Origin: an uncultured virus (IMG/VR IMGVR_UViG_3300028800_000077)
Taxonomy: Duplodnaviria; Heunggongvirae; Uroviricota; Caudoviricetes
Length of the DNA: 20,000 bases
Virus record (IMG/VR): IMGVR_UViG_3300028800_000077
Strand: one strand, 5' to 3'
In this document: positions 8,388 to 15,121 of the stretch, piece by piece
Position numbering within the stretch: the first letter of the stretch is position 1
How the letters are laid out: every line of letters starts with the position of its first letter
Notes under the pieces: generated by a model
Databases searched by the model: none
The model's input: the letters and a program-made list of their open reading frames with translations, nothing else
What the model was told of the DNA's origin: nothing
Made by a program: the position numbers and the translations under genes

Positions 8388-8424
8388 AAGCGCCGCCGGT
8401 CCCCTCAGTCCGGCGGCGTTTTTC
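8388..8424. terminator. Intrinsic terminator between convergent blocks (probably bidirectional)
   Basis: CGCCGCCGG-10 nt-CCGGCGGCG followed by TTTTT on +; GAAG on the 5' side gives a short pyrimidine tail on -. Confidence 0.8.
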
Positions 8425-8432
8425 GTTCGTGG

Positions 8433-9587
8433 CTACTGGTTCGGCCCGAGTTGCACGCCGGTCGAACCCTCTACATCGATGGTGCCCGATGCAAACCCGG
8501 TGGAGCGGTTGAAGGCGGCCTGCACGCCTTTGCAGGTCATCGCCCCGAAAGCCGCGCCGCCCGATCCGCTCGATACGGCGCGATTGCCGATCAGTTGGAC
8601 GTCGCTCGCCGCATTGGCCCAAAGGGCGTATTCGGCCGGGCCGAACGTGTAGGTGCCGATCATCACGATGCCGTTGACGGCCGCGTTCACGGCGGCGACC
8701 GAACAGCCCATGGCTGCCGCGCGCACTGCAGGGTCAGGGCTCTCCCAGTCGATCCACTGGTAGGGCGCGAACCTGCAATTGTTGATCGTCGTCGGATGGC
8801 CGATGGCACCAATCAGGTTGATGCCACGGTAGCAGCCATCCATCTGGCAGGCGTCGAACGTGTAGGGGCCGCCGCCCGTGTAGCCGACGCCGGCAGTGAT
8901 GCGAACCGCCTCGTGGTAGCCGAACACTTGCCAGTCGATTGTCTGGAACCAATCGTTGCCGCCAAGATCGAGCGAGATGCCGTTGGCGGCGCACCATGCA
9001 GGCAGTCCTGACTTGAGCCCCGGATCATCGAAGCCGACATTCCAGCGATTGTGCGCGACCGTCTGCCAGTCGGTGACACCGTCGATGGAGAGTGCCGTCT
9101 TGATCGGGAAGCCTTGATTGCCCGTCATGACGAAGTTGCTCAGCCCTTGGATCACGCCGGGAATCTGGCGAGCCTGTACCGCATGGTAGGCGTTGCCGAA
9201 ATCGTTGTTGGTGATCGCGCAACCGTACTGGTTGATGCCCGGATCGTAGCAGTGGATCGTCGCGCCGTACTCGATGGGCGTCGGCGACAGCATGTTCTGA
9301 TTCGGATAGTCGAACCCCATGCCGTCGACTATCGTGCCGGCCTCGGCTTTGATCGCGGCCCGATTCGGATCGCTCGATGCGCCGGGGCCATCTCCCCATA
9401 CGATGTGCACCGCGCCTTTGATCAGGCCCGGCTTGTGATAGTCGTAGGTCGGCACGCTCGGCATCGCGAGGCGCACGCCGCGCTGCAGGTAGACTTGCTT
9501 GTCCCACACCATGTCGGGAGGGACCATGACGGTCCCGCCGAGAGGTGTCGTCCACGCGATCTGCTGATTGAGTTCGTCGACTGTCAT
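8433..9587 (-). CDS. Right-handed beta-helix (pectate-lyase-like) protein, possible polysaccharide depolymerase
   Basis: Starts ELNQQIAW..LGGTVMVP like a Pectate_lyase_3 N-terminus; repeated I.NN.F / .TGN / I.L beta-helix rungs; GGAAGGA RBS. Confidence 0.65.
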   Translation of the reverse strand: MTVDELNQQIAWTTPLGGTVMVPPDMVWDKQVYLQRGVRLAMPSVPTYDYHKPGLIKGAVHIVWGDGPGASSDPNRAAIKAEAGTIVDGMGFDYPNQNMLSPTPIEYGATIHCYDPGINQYGCAITNNDFGNAYHAVQARQIPGVIQGLSNFVMTGNQGFPIKTALSIDGVTDWQTVAHNRWNVGFDDPGLKSGLPAWCAANGISLDLGGNDWFQTIDWQVFGYHEAVRITAGVGYTGGGPYTFDACQMDGCYRGINLIGAIGHPTTINNCRFAPYQWIDWESPDPAVRAAAMGCSVAAVNAAVNGIVMIGTYTFGPAEYALWANAASDVQLIGNRAVSSGSGGAAFGAMTCKGVQAAFNRSTGFASGTIDVEGSTGVQLGPNQ

Positions 9588-9591
9588 TGGT

Positions 9592-9930
9592 CTATCCTTC
9601 CAAGGTTCTAAAGCGGGAACGTCGCAAAATGATCGGCTCGGGAAACTTCACTTCCTTGCACGGATCGCTCGGGCTGAACAGGATGTCGTAGATTTTGGGG
9701 TCGATCCACGAGATCAGGGCAGGGGGCACTCTCGTTGCCTGCATCGTTGCCTGCATCGCGTAGGCGAACGCATCGGCGGCATCGAAGGCGGCCGTGTCTG
9801 CTGGCGTCGTGAGGAGCGCGGCATGCGATGCCCTGACGCTCGCGTCGCCGACGTGTTCCCACACGAACGGCTTGGCGGCGGGCAACGCCACGACTGCGGC
9901 GGTGCCGAGAAGGAACGCGCGGCGGTTCAT
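9592..9930 (-). CDS. Twin-arginine-signal-like protein (112 aa) with capsid-like C-terminal motif
   Basis: MNRRAFLLGTAAVVALPAA; ATG 9930 in ATGA overlap with the upstream small ORF; 12-bp tandem duplication at 9732-9755 (MQATMQAT). Confidence 0.65.
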   Translation of the reverse strand: MNRRAFLLGTAAVVALPAAKPFVWEHVGDASVRASHAALLTTPADTAAFDAADAFAYAMQATMQATRVPPALISWIDPKIYDILFSPSDPCKEVKFPEPIILRRSRFRTLEG

Positions 9931-10034
9931 CGAGCGTTCCACAACAACGGGGACGTCGACAGGATAGACGCGGCCAGTATCAGCAGAAGCGCCAAAATCG
10001 TCAGGCGGGTGACGTCGCTCTCTCGGTTGGTCAT
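9927..10034 (-). CDS. Small single-TM protein (35 aa), not in ORF track
   Basis: Hand translation MTNRESDVTRLTILALLLILAASILSTSPLLWNAR; GAGGAG RBS; ATGA overlaps at both ends. Confidence 0.6.
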   Translation of the reverse strand: MTNRESDVTRLTILALLLILAASILSTSPLLWNAR

Positions 10035-10324
10035 GTCTCCTCCCCGGCCGGGGTATTCCGTTCGATCTTGTCCAGCTTGGCGACCTCGCCCACGAGCCAT
10101 TCAACAAGATGGGCCGTGTCGGGCAGCACGAGATCATTGCCGGGGTGGGCTTCACGCCACGCCGTCGTGCCGCGCTGGATCGCCTTCCAGTAGAGATCGA
10201 ACGAGCGCTCCCAACCTTCGATCTCCTCGCGTGCGTCCTTGGCCAGCGCGACGATGTCGTCGGCCGTGCCAACGAGAACACGTTCGGCAAATTGCAGCCG
10301 TTCGACGATGGTCTTTTCAGTCAT
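10031..10324 (-). CDS. Hypothetical phage protein (97 aa)
   Basis: MTEKTIVERL...; GGAGAG RBS; ATGA overlaps. Confidence 0.7.
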   Translation of the reverse strand: MTEKTIVERLQFAERVLVGTADDIVALAKDAREEIEGWERSFDLYWKAIQRGTTAWREAHPGNDLVLPDTAHLVEWLVGEVAKLDKIERNTPAGEET

Positions 10325-10482
10325 GTCTTCTCTCCGTTGTACTTGGCTTGGAACGCTTCGATGGCACGGGCGACGCGCTCCCATTCGCGAGGGTCGGTGA
10401 TCGAGAGACGGTTGAAGGCAATGACGTTTGCCTTCCACCATTCCTCGAACTCAGCCATGGTCGCCCATGCCGGTGTGATCAC
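10321..10482 (-). CDS. Small protein (53 aa), paralog of 19644-19817, not in ORF track
   Basis: Hand translation MITPAWATMAEFEEWWKANVIAFNRLSITDPREWERVARAIEAFQAKYNGEKT; GTGA and ATGA overlaps; 26/44 identities to the paralog. Confidence 0.8.
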   Translation of the reverse strand: MITPAWATMAEFEEWWKANVIAFNRLSITDPREWERVARAIEAFQAKYNGEKT

Positions 10483-10577
10483 GGCCGGCTATCCATCTCG
10501 TGCTGAACCGCTTCCATCACGTCGATGAAGTTCTTGCGGCGGTCGCCCGGCGCAATCGCGAGGATGGACAGTGCCAC
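10479..10577 (-). CDS. Small hypothetical protein (32 aa), not in ORF track
   Basis: MALSILAIAPGDRRKNFIDVMEAVQHEMDSRP fills the gap exactly, with TAGTG and GTGA overlaps. Confidence 0.4.
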   Translation of the reverse strand: MALSILAIAPGDRRKNFIDVMEAVQHEMDSRP

Positions 10578-11068
10578 TAAAACTCTCCCTCTGCGACCTG
10601 CGCGCAGACGATCCCTTCCGAGCGCCACATATCGACCACGCGCTTGCGGTCGTCGATTGCCAGTGTCGGATTGAACCCGTCAGCGCGGATGCGATCCAGC
10701 AGTTCCCGTTTGATGATGCTGTCCTCGCGGAAGTCGTCATCCTTGCGCATGTAGAGCGGATGGCCGTGGGCGTCCTTGTTCGCCGGCAGCCTCGCAATCA
10801 GATTTTGATTGAGGAGCCATGCCGTCGTCGCTTCGCGTGTGCGTTCGGGGCGACCGCTGCAGAAGATCAGGCGATTGACCAGCCGCGCTGCGGTTGGCAA
10901 GCCTACGCGAAGCGAGTGCACCATCTCGATCACGGGCTTGATCGGCTTGTCGCCGCTGCAGGCGTCGAAGAATGCCGGCCAGTCTTTCTTCATCCCCGGC
11001 GAACGAATGAAGTGCAGCCGATGAGTCAGGTCGGCCAGCGTGCCGTCGATGTCTACGATGATGTCCAT
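10577..11068 (-). CDS. HAD-family phosphatase, like the T4 PseT/PNK 3'-phosphatase domain
   Basis: DIDGTLAD (motif I), CSGR (II), MRKDDDFREDSIIK (III), IDDRKRVVDMWR (IV); no kinase P-loop. Confidence 0.88.
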   Translation of the reverse strand: MDIIVDIDGTLADLTHRLHFIRSPGMKKDWPAFFDACSGDKPIKPVIEMVHSLRVGLPTAARLVNRLIFCSGRPERTREATTAWLLNQNLIARLPANKDAHGHPLYMRKDDDFREDSIIKRELLDRIRADGFNPTLAIDDRKRVVDMWRSEGIVCAQVAEGEF

Positions 11069-11071
11069 TGT

Positions 11072-11542
11072 CTATCTCCAAAGAGGGTAGGTCGCCATTG
11101 CGACGCAGGCGATGATGAAGGCGATCACGATCAGGCCCGTCCAGCCGTGCGTCTTCGGGCGCGGCGGGGTGAGGGCGTAGATCGGCGTGCCCGACTGAGG
11201 GTCGTGCGTGCGCGGCGTCGTGGCTGCCCTGAACCATTCAGGCGTCAGCGCCGGCAGGTGATCGGACGTGCGGCCGAACCATGTCGGCGCTGCCGGTTCG
11301 AGCATCGCGCGCTCGCCGGCCTGTTCCTTGCTCTCAAAAATGTCCACGGTAACGGTTACTCCTCTCTGTCGCGCCGCTTCCATGATTCGGTAGCGGCTGG
11401 GGTTTTGCTCTCGCATCGACGTCCGATAGACGCCGACGAGATTGCCAATGCAGTCCAGTTGGTGTGACGTGGCACCATCCAGTTTGTCGAAGCTCACTCC
11501 CGCCACGGCCAATCTGCTTCGATAGGCGGCGTCGTCCATCAC
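11072..11542 (-). CDS. C-terminally membrane-anchored protein with baseplate-like N-terminal motif
   Basis: Start probably GTG 11542 or ATG 11539, coupled to the upstream stop. C-terminal TM WTGLIVIAFIIACVAMATYPLW; motif QLDCIGNLVGVYR. Confidence 0.65.
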   Translation of the reverse strand: MMDDAAYRSRLAVAGVSFDKLDGATSHQLDCIGNLVGVYRTSMREQNPSRYRIMEAARQRGVTVTVDIFESKEQAGERAMLEPAAPTWFGRTSDHLPALTPEWFRAATTPRTHDPQSGTPIYALTPPRPKTHGWTGLIVIAFIIACVAMATYPLWR

Positions 11543-11637
11543 GACGTCACCCATGCTGCCGCGAGAAGCACGACGCTCGCGACAGCCAGCATGCCGGCGA
11601 GATAGAGCGCCAGCCGATCCATTTGCTGCACCCTCAT
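11539..11637 (-). CDS. Small single-TM protein (32 aa), not in ORF track
   Basis: MRVQQMDRLALYLAGMLAVASVVLLAAAWVTS; ATGA and GTGATG overlaps. Confidence 0.55.
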   Translation of the reverse strand: MRVQQMDRLALYLAGMLAVASVVLLAAAWVTS

Positions 11638-11933
11638 GGCGTGAACCATGGGGCGCAGAGAGCGGCGTAGATGTGCTTCGGCAAGTCCTGAGTGAACTCC
11701 CGGTCGAAACGGTCGGCCTTGCGTCGCAGGTCTTGCGTCGTCAACACAAGCGCGTCGATCAAGTGCGCCTTGTTGCGCATGTGATTACCGACCTCGCGTT
11801 GCCACGCACGCACGTACATCTCGAAGTCTGCTTCAAGGCCCTTGATGTATTCCGCCGCGCTGTCGTGGCAGCGTTTGCACTTTCCGCACGCGGTCTTGAG
11901 CGACCACGTTCCTTTGCACATGATCTCGCTCAT
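11634..11933 (-). CDS. Hypothetical protein with N-terminal Cys cluster (possible Zn binding)
   Basis: CKGTWSLKTACGKCKRC; GGAG RBS; ATGA overlap. Confidence 0.7.
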   Translation of the reverse strand: MSEIMCKGTWSLKTACGKCKRCHDSAAEYIKGLEADFEMYVRAWQREVGNHMRNKAHLIDALVLTTQDLRRKADRFDREFTQDLPKHIYAALCAPWFTP

Positions 11934-12298
11934 AGCGGATGCTCCACGCGCTCGCTCACCTTCGGCTTTTGCGTCTCGCCGAGGATGAACTGCACGTCGA
12001 CCACGTCACCGTCCTTGAGCGTTGCCCAGTTCTCGATGATGTAGTCGTGCGCGTGGAACATGGTGCGCGACCTTGCCCAGCCGTGCGGATCGTTCCACGC
12101 GGGCTCGCCATCGGCCGACATCTTCGTCATGAGGATGTTCGGCCTGCCGTCGCAGGGATAGCCGCAGCGGCGCAACAGGTAGCGCTGGCCGATATGCTCC
12201 TCGACTTTCCCCGACGTGAAGATCGCCGGGTTCATGTTGACGCAGAGCACCGGGATGCAGGTCGCCTCGTCTCTGATCTCTAGGGCCTTAGCCTGCAT
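11930..12298 (-). CDS. Hypothetical phage protein (122 aa)
   Basis: ATG 12298 after GGGAGG; MQAKALEIRD...DGDVVDVQFILGE. Confidence 0.75.
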   Translation of the reverse strand: MQAKALEIRDEATCIPVLCVNMNPAIFTSGKVEEHIGQRYLLRRCGYPCDGRPNILMTKMSADGEPAWNDPHGWARSRTMFHAHDYIIENWATLKDGDVVDVQFILGETQKPKVSERVEHPL

Positions 12299-12773
12299 GG
12301 CAAACCTCCCCGCGCAGCCCGGCGCGAATACGCATGAGCGTCTTGCCAAGGTGGTTCTCGCCGACACCGTTGACGACTCCCCAAATGCGGTCGCCCCATG
12401 TGTTGCCCTCGATCAGCATCGCGCCGCCCGTCGCCAGCAGCTTCTCGCGGAAGCCGGGCTGGTGAAACTTCTGCGAGCAGAGATTGTGCATCACGTCGAA
12501 CTTGATCTCGTCCCAGTCGGGGCGGATCGCGACCTTGTACTTCTCGAACGAGTAGCGTTGGCCGAGGGCCTTCGCTTGTCCGGGCGTCGTCGCGTTGTAG
12601 ATGCGGATGCGGTGGTCCCAGTCGTCCGTCTTGGCTGCCTGAAAGGCGGCCTCGGTTGTGCGATAGGTCGCTCCATCCCAACGCACGAGACAGGGATAGA
12701 AGTTCGACAGCCAGTCGAAAGGCGGCGCATCAAAAAAGTCGATGACCGCCGGCATGGTCGTGGTGTTAAGCAT
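12288..12773 (-). CDS. NADAR family protein (YbiA / T4 gp30.3-like)
   Basis: WLSNFYP, Y.TTEAAFQAAK, RPDWDEIK..VM...KF.Q...REKLLATG...LIEGNTWGDRIWGV..G.GENHLGKTLMRIR. ATG 12773 after GAGGGAGGA. Confidence 0.92.
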   Translation of the reverse strand: MLNTTTMPAVIDFFDAPPFDWLSNFYPCLVRWDGATYRTTEAAFQAAKTDDWDHRIRIYNATTPGQAKALGQRYSFEKYKVAIRPDWDEIKFDVMHNLCSQKFHQPGFREKLLATGGAMLIEGNTWGDRIWGVVNGVGENHLGKTLMRIRAGLRGEVCHAG

Positions 12774-13176
12774 AGCGACGCAGTCCTCCCTCAATCATAG
12801 CGTTGATCCCGGCCATGAAGGCGCGGGCCTCGGCTTCATCACGCTCCGAGCGCACCTTCTGTTCGACGGGCGTAATGCCCGTCGCAGCATCGGCCTCGTC
12901 CATGTAGCGCTTCGCCATCCAGAACACGGCGAGGGTCTTGCGATATTCCTCGCTGTTGGCGCGACGGCGGTACATGGCAAGATAGTCGGCATTGCGCCGA
13001 CCGTAGACGTACTGTTGCACGTCGGCTTGAGCGAGCAGGTAGGCGCGTGCGGCCTCGGCGAGTTCTTCGAGATTGGTGGTCGCGTCGCACGCAGCCTTGG
13101 CATCGCGAACCTTTTGATGCCACTGCTTCTGTTCTTCCAAAATTGCAAGGTGCGCTTTCTTCTGTTGTTTCGTCAT
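12766..13176 (-). CDS. Helical hypothetical protein (136 aa), first gene behind the internal promoter
   Basis: ATG 13176 after GAGAAGGA; MTKQQKKAHL...; 8-nt overlap with the NADAR start. Confidence 0.75.
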   Translation of the reverse strand: MTKQQKKAHLAILEEQKQWHQKVRDAKAACDATTNLEELAEAARAYLLAQADVQQYVYGRRNADYLAMYRRRANSEEYRKTLAVFWMAKRYMDEADAATGITPVEQKVRSERDEAEARAFMAGINAMIEGGLRRYA

Positions 13177-13260
13177 TTCATCCTTCTCTCTGCTATCGGC
13201 ATGAGTCGCCGATTGAGAGATTATACACGAGATGTGTGTCCGGGTACAGCCACGTAATAT
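13177..13260 (-). promoter_or_regulatory. Internal leftward promoter with leader hairpin
   Basis: Perfect TATAAT (13225-13220) in an AT-richer gap; -35 weak; ACAC-N5-GTGT palindrome at 13225-13237; leader hairpin ATCGGC/GCCGAT at 13195-13213. Confidence 0.6.
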
Positions 13261-13288
13261 AGGGGCTCTCTCGAATTGAGAGTGGCTT

Positions 13289-13711
13289 CTATAGTAGAGC
13301 GATGGGCGGATAGCGTTCGAGCGCGGCGCGACCTTCCTCGCTGAACCGCGCGATCCATCCGACGACGTCGATGTCCATGAGCACCCACCATCGCGCGCTG
13401 CCGAAGTAGTGCAGGCTGCCGGGGTATTCGACCTTGTGATGCTCAGGGCAGAGCGGCACCGCGAGATAGTCGGACTTCCGCCGGCCGCCAGTGCGCGCGA
13501 AAAGTTCGCGGGGGTGATGGGCCTCGGCCGGGCGACCGCAGACGAGGCAGCCATGGGCGCGCACCTTGCGCAGATGCGCCTCGTCTTCCTCGGGGCCTTT
13601 CTTGACGACGGACACGCCGAGCGCCTTGGCCACCAGCGGCTCGGGCCGCTTCGCCCGCTTCGGATGCGCGCGGAAGCCGTGGCCTCGGCTCATGGGGCGA
13701 GAGCGCTTCAC
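13289..13711 (-). CDS. Ref/DUF968-like HNH-type Zn nuclease
   Basis: HL..VR.HGCLVCG...EAHH...G.RKSDYLAVPLCPEHH...SLH; follows ninB. Confidence 0.75.
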   Translation of the reverse strand: MKRSRPMSRGHGFRAHPKRAKRPEPLVAKALGVSVVKKGPEEDEAHLRKVRAHGCLVCGRPAEAHHPRELFARTGGRRKSDYLAVPLCPEHHKVEYPGSLHYFGSARWWVLMDIDVVGWIARFSEEGRAALERYPPIALL

Positions 13712-14136
13712 CGGGCCGGCTCGTCAACGCTGGGCAGGTAGCGCCAGCGCACGCCTTTCCTGTCGCCCCATTGAATGATGTAGGTCAGGAACTCGGCGGC
13801 GGTTTCCTTGGGCATGCGGCTCACTTCGTCGCGCAGCACCATCGTCTCACCTTCGATGCCTTCCATGAGGCGGCCGACGCTGTGATCGTTCTTCACCTTG
13901 CCGAAGCCGCTGATCAGGAATTGCTTCCAGTCGTTGCGATCCCAGTCATCGCGCCCGGCGAATGGAACGCGCGCCCTCGCCACATCCTCGAAGCAGCCGT
14001 GGATCAGTTTGTTCTGGCCCTTCGTGATCAGCGGCGGCCTGATCTCAACCTCGAACCCGAGCGGCGCACGCTTGACGGCGTTGATCGCCACGTTGCGCCA
14101 TGTCTCGTTCTCGATGGTGATGGCGGGGTTCTTCAC
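13708..14136 (-). CDS. ninB: NinB/Orf family recombination protein
   Basis: VEIRPP..T.GQNKLIH....DVAR...DWKQFL...SRMPKE.AAEFLTYI.QWG..KGVRW. Confidence 0.8.
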   Translation of the reverse strand: MKNPAITIENETWRNVAINAVKRAPLGFEVEIRPPLITKGQNKLIHGCFEDVARARVPFAGRDDWDRNDWKQFLISGFGKVKNDHSVGRLMEGIEGETMVLRDEVSRMPKETAAEFLTYIIQWGDRKGVRWRYLPSVDEPAR

Positions 14137-14411
14137 TTCGGCTTCCTGTAGCCGGCGAACAGCGCCTCGGTCACTTCGATCATGGACATGGAGCGGAGAG
14201 CGAACATCGTGAACCGCTTGCCGTCTGCCTGCCAGAAGCGGCGCGTGTAGTGCTCCTCGCGCAGATGCCCGACAGGGCCGGGCTCGTCATAGCCGACTGT
14301 CTCCGTGGGGACGTAGACCGCGAGGCAATGATCCATGGCGTGATCAGCGATGTCGATAAAGCGGCCGTCTCCGGTGCCGCCGACAAAGAGGCATGGGCGT
14401 TTCGCCATCAC
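14133..14411 (-). CDS. Hypothetical phage protein
   Basis: LFVGGTGDGR N-terminal motif common in small phage proteins; GTGA overlaps. Confidence 0.7.
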   Translation of the reverse strand: MMAKRPCLFVGGTGDGRFIDIADHAMDHCLAVYVPTETVGYDEPGPVGHLREEHYTRRFWQADGKRFTMFALRSMSMIEVTEALFAGYRKPK

Positions 14412-14677
14412 ACCTTGACCATGTTGGCGAACTGCACCGGCATCTTGATTGTCGTTCCCCGCGTCATTTCGGTCTTCATGACGGTCGCGGGGCGCGCATA
14501 GTGATCCAGTTCGAGGAGGCTGCAGGATTCGAGTTGCTGCAGGCGCTCAAGCAACGCCTCGGCTCCCTGTCGGCGCTGGATGAGCGCCAGCGGAACGCGC
14601 GACCCGTCGTCCCATACCTCCGGCCCCCAAACGATGCAGCGGTCGCGGTACTCTCGGATTTCCAGATCGGTCCTCAT
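14408..14677 (-). CDS. Hypothetical protein
   Basis: Translationally coupled ORF with 4-nt overlaps at both ends. Confidence 0.6.
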   Translation of the reverse strand: MRTDLEIREYRDRCIVWGPEVWDDGSRVPLALIQRRQGAEALLERLQQLESCSLLELDHYARPATVMKTEMTRGTTIKMPVQFANMVKV

Positions 14678-14859
14678 GTGTTGTGACCAGCCTCGTCGCC
14701 TTCGAGCATGACGCGCATAATGCGTTCCATATCGGCGGCCTCGATCACGCGCCGGCCGTCGCTCAGGACGTGGACCTTCACCTTGAGGCCGCAGAAGTCC
14801 ATCTCGGCCTCGGCAACAGACACCGGAACGTCTTCCAGAAGATCGTCTTCCTTGGCCAT
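14674..14859 (-). CDS. Small protein resembling the N-terminal region of P63C-domain phage proteins
   Basis: FCGLKVKVHVLSDGRRVIEAADM resembles the recalled (C)YVL.DGRRV motif. Confidence 0.55.
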   Translation of the reverse strand: MAKEDDLLEDVPVSVAEAEMDFCGLKVKVHVLSDGRRVIEAADMERIMRVMLEGDEAGHNT

Positions 14860-14860
14860 C

Positions 14861-15121
14861 TCAATGAGCCTCGGGCCATTCTACGCCAAGGTCCTTCAAA
14901 CGCTGGATCAACGCATGCTTAATCGTCGGGAAATAGTGAAAGATTTCATCGAGCGGGATCGTGGCTTCTACGTCAGATAGCGTTCCGCCATCTCCATCGT
15001 CAGCGCCGAGACAGATGATGCACTGATCCACGTTGGGAGACGAGCCGACCGCCATGATGTTGTCGAGGTCTTCGATGGCGTGCTTCAAAATGGCGGCCTG
15101 TTCAACATTCTCAAGTTTCAC
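14861..15121 (-). CDS. Hypothetical protein (86 aa)
   Basis: GTG 15121 after AGGAG; MKLENVEQAAIL...LKDLGVEW. Confidence 0.7.
   Translation of the reverse strand: MKLENVEQAAILKHAIEDLDNIMAVGSSPNVDQCIICLGADDGDGGTLSDVEATIPLDEIFHYFPTIKHALIQRLKDLGVEWPEAH

Noticed and set aside
13266..13282. CTCTC/GAGAG hairpin as terminator after the HNH gene
   Set aside because: Only 5 bp and no convincing U-tract on the - strand.
12766..13554. 262-aa ORF as called by the track
   Set aside because: The 5' half overlaps the HNH gene and the promoter gap; ATG 13176 has the RBS. The track starts at 4242, 7474, 8005, 10290 and 17334 are similarly over-extended.
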